From a virus (Duplodnaviria; Heunggongvirae; Uroviricota; Caudoviricetes): a DNA stretch of 19,056 nucleotides. The position numbers and the translations under genes are program-made. Where the stretch lies: IMG/VR virus record IMGVR_UViG_2713896899_000019, positions 1 to 19,056 of that record; one strand, written 5' to 3'. Each line of letters opens with the position of its first letter. Positions within the stretch are counted from its first letter, which is position 1. The notes under the pieces were generated by a model. That model did no database searches. It had not been told where the DNA came from and worked only from the letters and a program-made list of their open reading frames with translations. Of this stretch, positions 7,285 to 13,040 are shown piece by piece.

Positions 7285-7356
7285 TGATACTAAAGTAACA
7301 GAATTTCTTGATACTTTGGATTCTCGCGTTTAACATTCTTGGATAACAGAGTATCC
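7285..7356 (+). promoter_or_regulatory. OR/PR (and probably PRM): rightward early promoter with three operator copies of the same family as OL
   Basis: PR has a -35 TTGATA (7308-7313), a 17-nt spacer and a -10 TAACAT (7331-7336). The 15-mers are tgatactaaagtaac at 7285-7299, tgatactttggattc at 7309-7323 (overlapping the -35), and an inverted-orientation copy at 7342-7356 (ggataacagagtatcc, with palindromic ends) over the predicted start site. Confidence 0.6.
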
Positions 7357-7372
7357 GGTGTGAGGCTAAAGA

Positions 7373-7624
7373 ATGACCCTTTATGAAATATTAAAAACTC
7401 AATTTAAGACCAATGCCGCTATTGGCCGTAGGTTCCCAAAGAAAGGAAGGCCTCGTGGTAGTCAGGGAGTTGGAAAGTGGAAAACACGGGGCGTTCCGGA
7501 GGATGTTGCCATTCTCTGCCATCTGGATCCGAACATTCCATATACACATCCAAGCTTAGCGCGCACGGGAGAGGTGAAGGGCTTGTATGTCCCAGAATTA
7601 CGTTCAGACAGAGATGCCATCTAG
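7373..7624 (+). CDS. cro: Cro-like small DNA-binding regulator (83 aa)
   Basis: First gene downstream of PR and divergent from cI, with a GAGG Shine-Dalgarno sequence upstream. The sequence pattern (AAIGRRF...SQGVGKWKTRGVPEDVAILCHL) resembles Cro/YdaS-type HTH proteins. Confidence 0.7.
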   Translation: MTLYEILKTQFKTNAAIGRRFPKKGRPRGSQGVGKWKTRGVPEDVAILCHLDPNIPYTHPSLARTGEVKGLYVPELRSDRDAI

Positions 7625-7880
7625 GTACTGCCAGGCAGACGAAGAGTGGATTCAGCAGCAGTTACAGGGGCTGCCTCCGTCACTGAGACGGAAGGTCGCC
7701 CTGAAATATGCGGAGGTATACGAAATCACTTTTGACGCTGAGCCTGTTTCATTCCGCAAGGAGAACAGAGCAAGGCACGAAGCAAACACAAGGCTCCGCT
7801 TGTTTGTGAGAAATCAGGGCAGAGCTTTACAGGGGTATACAACTCAGCCGCCCCTGGCAGGAACGCAATCGCGCTCCTGA
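7587..7880 (+). CDS. Hypothetical protein in the cII position (97 aa; alternative start at 7614)
   Basis: ORF with a good Shine-Dalgarno sequence (GGAGAGGTGAAGG) before the ATG at 7587. It overlaps the cro 3' end by 38 nt. Function is inferred only from position. Confidence 0.5.
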   Translation: MSQNYVQTEMPSRYCQADEEWIQQQLQGLPPSLRRKVALKYAEVYEITFDAEPVSFRKENRARHEANTRLRLFVRNQGRALQGYTTQPPLAGTQSRS

Positions 7881-8129
7881 TTGGTACCGGGCTTAAAGGT
7901 GTCCGGTGGCTGAATCCCAAATCTCATTGCATTTGTGTACTAGCTAAGGAGTACATGCAAAATTCAGTGAGAGGAGGGGAGGGGGAGGAGTGCTCGTGTG
8001 TTAGTGCGAAGCACTGGAACAGGCTTTTCCAACAGACGGGTACATAGGTTAGGTAGATCTCGATCTAAAGGGGGATACCTCTGAAAAAACGGCTGTACCA
8101 TAAAGCTAGTACAAAATGGATAAAAAAGT

Positions 8130-8498
8130 ATGAGTGAAGACCTGAAGCAAAATTTAATCGCTCTCCTGGAAGAGCAATTCATTCGCTCCGATGACAAAGT
8201 CGTTTTCGATTATGTGATGCAGAAAAAAATCAAGTCTCAGGGATACCATCTGCAACGCAATTTCAGCATCAGCATTAGCGGTGGTCGTAAAGGGTTTATT
8301 GATTGCCTGGTTACATCATCAGACGGCCAGCAGTGTGCCATTGAGGTCGATAAGAAGTCTCCCCGCAACCGTTCGTTGATGAAGCTGGCTCAGCTACCTG
8401 AGGGGATGTCAGGCTTTGTCCTGCTCAGGGATGGTAAGCACCCTCTTCGATATAGCGAGAACGGAATTGACGTTATTCGTGCGACGAAATTTAAGTGA
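8130..8498 (+). CDS. Small protein with a possible PD-(D/E)xK nuclease-fold motif (122 aa)
   Basis: ORF upstream of the helicase. The segment GFIDCLVTSSDGQQCAIEVDKK has the D...E-x-D-K-K spacing typical of restriction-endonuclease-like folds. This was recognised by eye only. Confidence 0.5.
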   Translation: MSEDLKQNLIALLEEQFIRSDDKVVFDYVMQKKIKSQGYHLQRNFSISISGGRKGFIDCLVTSSDGQQCAIEVDKKSPRNRSLMKLAQLPEGMSGFVLLRDGKHPLRYSENGIDVIRATKFK

Positions 8499-8559
8499 GT
8501 TGATTCGGAAAGGGGCTGGCAGCCTTTGGGGAGACCACCAGCCATGTGAGGAGGAATCC

Positions 8560-8619
8560 ATGAAAACCACATCACAAAATTATTATCTCATCACTGCGGG
8601 GACAGCACAATGCAGCTGA
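8560..8619 (+). CDS. Candidate 19-aa leader/coupling ORF (MKTTSQNYYLITAGTAQCS)
   Basis: GAGGAGG (8548-8554) sits 5 nt before the ATG at 8560. The TGA stop (8617-8619) overlaps the helicase ATG (8610) region. Confidence 0.3.
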   Translation: MKTTSQNYYLITAGTAQCS

Positions 8620-10268
8620 CAATCACGCCGAATTTTGCACAGGAGCGAGCGCTAAACATGTTGCGCCGTGACTGGAAGGCAAACGACACCTTCATGGTTT
8701 ACTCGCCAACAGGTAGCGGTAAAACGGGTCTGGCAGCCTTCATCGTTGCTGGTTTTGTCAGCCGTGGTATGCGTGTTCTGTTCTGTGTTCCGTACACCAT
8801 CCTGATTGGTCAGACGGCTAATCGGTTCGTGCAGTATGGTTTACCTGGAGATGAAATCGGTTATATCTGGGCGGATCACCCGAACTACGATCCGGACCGG
8901 AAAATTCAGATTGCCAGCGCTGACACGCTTATTCGTCGTGTTTTTCCTGAAAATATCGATCTGCTGATTATCGACGAAGCGCACCTGCGTAAAAAACGCA
9001 TCCTGAAGGATATCGAACGTCTGCGCGGCAAAGGCGTAAAGGTGATTGGCCTGTCGGGTACTCCGTTTTCTCCGTTCCTGGGCAAATACTATGACCGACT
9101 GATTAAGCCGACCACCATCGGCGAGTTAATCCAGCGTGGCGATCTGAGTAAATACGAATTTTACGCGCCAACTAAGCCGGATCTGAAAGGTGTTAAAACC
9201 ACATCTTCGCTTGAGTACGGCCGCGATTACAACGAAACACAGCTGGCTGAAATCATGTGCGGCTCTACGCTGGTGGGCGACATCGTACAGAACTGGCTGG
9301 AGAATGGTCGGGATCTACCTACCATCGCTTTCTGCGTCAACGTAGCCCACGCCAATTACCTGACAATCCAGTTTAACCTCGCAGGTGTTAACGCTGAGGT
9401 AATGACCGCAGACACTCCGGTAGATGAGCGCCAGACCATCATTCACCGCTTTGAAACTGGTGCAACGAAAATCATCGTTAGTGTGGGCGTTCTGGTGGCC
9501 GGCTTTGATAGTGACGTTCGTTGCATCATCTACGCCAGGCCAACAAAAAGCGAAATTCGCTGGTTGCAGGCACTCGGGCGTGGGCTGCGCACCGCACCGG
9601 GTAAAGAGTCCTGCCTTATCTTCGATCACAGCGGCACCGTGCACCGTTTGGGTTATCCGGATTCAATCGAGTACGACGATCTTCCCGGTAAGTCTGACGG
9701 CATGGAGGAAAGCGCGCGCCGCGCAGTTGAGGAACGGGCCGAAAAACTGCCACATGAATGCCCTCAATGCCACTACATGAAGCCAGCTGGCGTCTATGTT
9801 TGCCCTAAATGTGGACACAAGCCGCTGCGAGGTGAAGATGTTGATACTGACACTAGCCGCAAACTTAATAAGCTGGGTAAAAATCAGCATCAGTCGACGA
9901 AGACAGAGAAACAGTCCTGGTGGAGTCAGATCAAATTTTATCAGCGCCAGCGTGCTTCGCTGGGGCGTCCAGTCAGTGATGGATGGTGTGCTCACACTTT
10001 CAGGGAGAAATTCGGTGAATGGCCTGATGGGTTGAGCAGTTTCCCGATGGAAATAAGCCCAGAAGTAAGTAACTACATCAAACACAAGCTGATTCGGTTT
10101 GCCAAAGGCCGTCAGCGGACGCAGAGAACTATAGAAAAATTGCAGGCAACGATTCCTCTGTCTCAGGAACGAGGTGAGCGAAGCGAGATGCCAATAGGCA
10201 CTGAGGCTTGGCGCATCATGCAAGCAAAGCAACAACTCCAGAAAAATATAAACAGTTTGAGTCAGTAA
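8610..10268 (+). CDS. Superfamily-2 DEAD/DEAH-box helicase with a C-terminal zinc ribbon (552 aa)
   Basis: Walker A is SPTGSGKTG, motif II is IIDEAHL, motif III is SGTP and motif VI is QALGRGLR. The C-terminal CPQC...CPKC forms a zinc ribbon. Confidence 0.85.
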   Translation: MQLTITPNFAQERALNMLRRDWKANDTFMVYSPTGSGKTGLAAFIVAGFVSRGMRVLFCVPYTILIGQTANRFVQYGLPGDEIGYIWADHPNYDPDRKIQIASADTLIRRVFPENIDLLIIDEAHLRKKRILKDIERLRGKGVKVIGLSGTPFSPFLGKYYDRLIKPTTIGELIQRGDLSKYEFYAPTKPDLKGVKTTSSLEYGRDYNETQLAEIMCGSTLVGDIVQNWLENGRDLPTIAFCVNVAHANYLTIQFNLAGVNAEVMTADTPVDERQTIIHRFETGATKIIVSVGVLVAGFDSDVRCIIYARPTKSEIRWLQALGRGLRTAPGKESCLIFDHSGTVHRLGYPDSIEYDDLPGKSDGMEESARRAVEERAEKLPHECPQCHYMKPAGVYVCPKCGHKPLRGEDVDTDTSRKLNKLGKNQHQSTKTEKQSWWSQIKFYQRQRASLGRPVSDGWCAHTFREKFGEWPDGLSSFPMEISPEVSNYIKHKLIRFAKGRQRTQRTIEKLQATIPLSQERGERSEMPIGTEAWRIMQAKQQLQKNINSLSQ

Positions 10269-10269
10269 G

Positions 10270-11238
10270 ATGAAAACAGCAGCTGCAGCGAAAGGCCGCT
10301 GGCCTGAAATATTAGAGCACTTCGGCTTGCCGCCGATAACAGGAAAAAATCACTTCAAGGGTGAATGCCCGGTATGCGGTGCACGTGGCAAGTTCCGAAT
10401 TGATGACCGCGACGGTGCAGGAACGTGGATCTGTGTATGTGGTAGTGGCGATGGTATGAAACTTGTCACCCTGACACAGGCGAAGCCATTTAACGAGATT
10501 TGTACCGAAATAGACCGCCTGATCGGTAATGATTACCAACGGGTTAAAATCCCGGTAACCAGCAGCGCCACCAGCTTACGCAAACGGGTATTGAGCAAGT
10601 TTTCAAAACTGGAGGCACTGCGTGGTACATCCGGCGCAGCGTATCTTAATTCTCGTGGAATATTCAGTCTTCCTGCTGAGGCGATCCGGTTCAATGCCAG
10701 GCAGAGACACAACGGGAGTGTGTTCCAGTCTCTTTATTCACTTGCTACGGACGATAAAGGGGAGTTGTGCTATCTGCACCAGACTCTGCTTGATGGTGAT
10801 AAAAAAGCAGATATCGGTAGCAGTGCAAAGCGCCTCAAATCCCTGCAGGAAGATAACTATTTGGATCACGCTCGTTCTGTAGCTATCCGCATGTTTCCTG
10901 TTGCTAGCACTCTGGGTATCGCCGAAGGCATCGAAACAGCGCTGTCAGCGCACCAGATTTATAACGTGAACACTTGGGCAACCATTAACAGCGGCTTTAT
11001 GAAAAAGTTCCGCGTACCAGCTGGTGTTCTGCACCTGATTATTTTTGCCGACCGTGACGAGAACAGCGCCACCGGGCTGGCTGCGGCTTGCGAATGTGCT
11101 CATGCCAATCTGATGGCAAAGAATGACCTGCAGCGCGTGAGCGTGTACTGGCCGGATCACGATGATTTCAACAATATGCTCATGAACGGTGATCAGGTTC
11201 GAGAGCTGGTTTTCCATAAGAAAAAGGCGGTTGCGTAA
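10270..11238 (+). CDS. Primase-like protein: P4-alpha-type zinc-binding motif plus Toprim domain (322 aa)
   Basis: The N-terminal CPVCGARGKFRIDDRDGAGTWICVCG is a primase-helicase zinc-binding motif. The Toprim Glu (AEGIETALS) and DxD (FADRDEN) are present. The start lies 1 nt after the helicase stop. Confidence 0.8.
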   Translation: MKTAAAAKGRWPEILEHFGLPPITGKNHFKGECPVCGARGKFRIDDRDGAGTWICVCGSGDGMKLVTLTQAKPFNEICTEIDRLIGNDYQRVKIPVTSSATSLRKRVLSKFSKLEALRGTSGAAYLNSRGIFSLPAEAIRFNARQRHNGSVFQSLYSLATDDKGELCYLHQTLLDGDKKADIGSSAKRLKSLQEDNYLDHARSVAIRMFPVASTLGIAEGIETALSAHQIYNVNTWATINSGFMKKFRVPAGVLHLIIFADRDENSATGLAAACECAHANLMAKNDLQRVSVYWPDHDDFNNMLMNGDQVRELVFHKKKAVA

Positions 11239-12095
11239 TGCGTACTGATAACAACGAACATAAAGCACTATTCACCATCCCGACGGCAGCGTACAGCTCC
11301 GCCCTCGCAAACATCAAGCCCCTGCCAGAGCAACGGAGAATCACCGGGCATAAGCAGACTGATGCTTATCTTTGGGTGCTGGAGGTTATCCGTCTGAACG
11401 AACCCGCACATCTGGATGCTGCTGAGGCTGCGCTGGTGAAAATTAAAATTTCCCCAAAAGAGGCCCAGGAACGCTATTCGCGTTATCTGCTGGCGAATGG
11501 TGGTGATCCTTTCCAGATTGCTTTCGGTACCATCGGCATGGATAACCCGGCACAGGCAATCAGGATCGCCCGGGAGAATATCAAAAAAGCAACATCAGTC
11601 AGGGCTACGTTTGGTAGCTATGAAGCAGCACTCGAAGATGTGGAAGCCGAGCGAGTGATCAAGTCTTCCCAGAAATTTATCGACGATCATCTCTGGGGCT
11701 GGACTGCAGCCGAGAAGACAGCGGGCAGAATTGATGGCATCCGTATGAATGAAATTGATGATCAGCGTCGTGCATATGTTGATGGCTATCGTGATGTACT
11801 GCCAGAGCCTCATACATTGTCAGACGTAGTTCGTGAGTTTGTTTACTGGGACTGGCTCTACAGTGTTCGCCACACTGCGTCTAAAGAACAGGGCGATGAG
11901 TATGGTTACTCTGAGCATCACGAATCGGTATATGACCGCGAGCGCTACCTTGAAAAATTGCTGATGACCATCAAACCGGTGACACGGGCTGAAGCCGTGG
12001 AGGTGTGTCGTTGGTTTTTGGCAAGCGGAAAGGGCGAATATATGAAAGACAATGGCGCGGCTGTTATTCTTAATCTGGTTGGGGAGTGTGAATAA
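11238..12095 (+). CDS. Hypothetical protein (285 aa), translationally coupled to the primase and Q genes
   Basis: Long ORF with TAATG overlaps at both ends (11235-11240 and 12092-12097). No family recognised. Confidence 0.65.
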   Translation: MRTDNNEHKALFTIPTAAYSSALANIKPLPEQRRITGHKQTDAYLWVLEVIRLNEPAHLDAAEAALVKIKISPKEAQERYSRYLLANGGDPFQIAFGTIGMDNPAQAIRIARENIKKATSVRATFGSYEAALEDVEAERVIKSSQKFIDDHLWGWTAAEKTAGRIDGIRMNEIDDQRRAYVDGYRDVLPEPHTLSDVVREFVYWDWLYSVRHTASKEQGDEYGYSEHHESVYDRERYLEKLLMTIKPVTRAEAVEVCRWFLASGKGEYMKDNGAAVILNLVGECE

Positions 12096-12925
12096 TGAAG
12101 CTTGAGGCATCGCTAAAATACTTCAGTCCTCAGGGAATGTATATCGGCGACGATGTGAAAGGAACCTCTCCGGAACGTCTTACAGGCACCGATGTTATGG
12201 CGGCTATTGGTACCACCAGCAATCGTGAGCGGTTTGGCTTGGCGGCCTTCTTCGGGAAGGCCGGTATCAGCAAGACTGATGAGCAGATGGCAGTCCAAGC
12301 GCTGGCGCGTCACGCGATGGAAATTGCACCGAAGAATGTGCGTAAAGCAGCTGGTGGTGAATTTGGCTGGTGTATGCTGGTACTGGCGCAGTTTGCTTTT
12401 GCTGAGTATTCCCGATCGGCAGACACCAGCGTAACATGCCATAGTTGCAGTGGTACCGGACTAACACCCCGTAAGCAGGTCATTCGTAAGGTTTCATACC
12501 CATGGGGTAAAGCACCATATTGGGCCAGTCGCTCCCGTGCTGTTCGACCGTCAGACTGGGAGAAATGGACAGAGGTAACGGAAGTTGTACCAGTCGTTTG
12601 CGATGTATGTAAAGGGAAGGGAGTGATAAGTGCCAGGTGTCGTTGTGGTGGAAAGGGGGAGGTACTCGACCGCAAAGCTACAAGCGAGCGTGGTGCACCA
12701 GTGTTTAAAATCTGCGAACGTTGCAGCGGAAATGGATTTTCCACGGTACCGTCTACCACAGTATATAAAGTTGTACTGAAGCGGATACCCGAGCTACATG
12801 TCAGGACATGGACGCGTAATTGGAAGCCGTTTCTTGATTCTCTGGTTGACATTTGCCACCAGGAAGAGCGTAAGGCCGATATTGCTTTTCAGAATGTGAC
12901 AAGTTTTGGTGATGATGTGAACTAA
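12095..12925 (+). CDS. Q: Late-gene antiterminator Q, Qin-prophage (QuuQ/YdfT)-like type with a DnaJ-like zinc-finger region (276 aa)
   Basis: Last gene before the late promoter and lysis cassette. The N-terminal region resembles my recollection of E. coli QuuQ. There are four CxxCxGxG-type repeats: CHSCSGTG, CDVCKGKG, CRCGGKG and CERCSGNG. Confidence 0.7.
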   Translation: MKLEASLKYFSPQGMYIGDDVKGTSPERLTGTDVMAAIGTTSNRERFGLAAFFGKAGISKTDEQMAVQALARHAMEIAPKNVRKAAGGEFGWCMLVLAQFAFAEYSRSADTSVTCHSCSGTGLTPRKQVIRKVSYPWGKAPYWASRSRAVRPSDWEKWTEVTEVVPVVCDVCKGKGVISARCRCGGKGEVLDRKATSERGAPVFKICERCSGNGFSTVPSTTVYKVVLKRIPELHVRTWTRNWKPFLDSLVDICHQEERKADIAFQNVTSFGDDVN

Positions 12926-13018
12926 GCTTAGGGTTTTTGCGACATTACACTTGATTTTGTCCGAATCTGTCATGTATGCTTTTAAGCATGTGGAATAATG
13001 CGTAAATGATTTTGATAG

Positions 13019-13040
13019 AAGCCCCTTTCGGGGCTTTTAT
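13019..13040. terminator. GC-rich hairpin terminator shared by the convergent Q gene and the orphan gene
   Basis: The stem pairs aagcccc (13019-13025) with ggggctt (13030-13036) around a tttc loop, followed by TTTTAT on the plus strand and flanked by an A-run on the other side. The stop codon of the minus-strand gene is at 13040-13042. Confidence 0.65.

Noticed and set aside
7262-7336. A 25-codon N-terminal extension of the repressor (the ORF-track start at 7336)
   Set aside because: The extension would be translated through the OR operators and the PR -35/-10. The internal ATG at 7261 has an AAGGAG Shine-Dalgarno sequence and gives a normal HTH-first repressor.
7936-8113. A retron-like msr/msd reading of the 10-nt terminal inverted repeats flanking a G-rich, structured ~180-nt segment
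   Set aside because: There is no reverse transcriptase gene downstream or anywhere else in the window. A 10-nt inverted repeat at this spacing is expected by chance a few times in 19 kb.
7964-8197. A 77-aa minus-strand ORF across the non-coding island and the start of the 122-aa gene
   Set aside because: It is low-complexity (Pro/Leu/Ser/Arg-rich from the C-rich complement of the purine tract). It overlaps the 5' end of a better plus-strand gene and has no Shine-Dalgarno sequence.
9315-10235. Minus-strand ORFs of 109 and 190 aa, and plus-strand off-frame ORFs, inside the helicase gene
   Set aside because: These are shadow ORFs within a gene whose helicase motifs are unambiguous. Their translations are low-complexity, Arg/Ser/Cys-rich, and carry no motifs.
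12113-12852. Minus-strand ORFs of 109, 66 and 180 aa, and an 80-aa plus-strand off-frame ORF, inside the Q gene
   Set aside because: They are antisense or off-frame shadows of a gene with a clear zinc-finger array and operon context. They show no start signals and no recognisable motifs.
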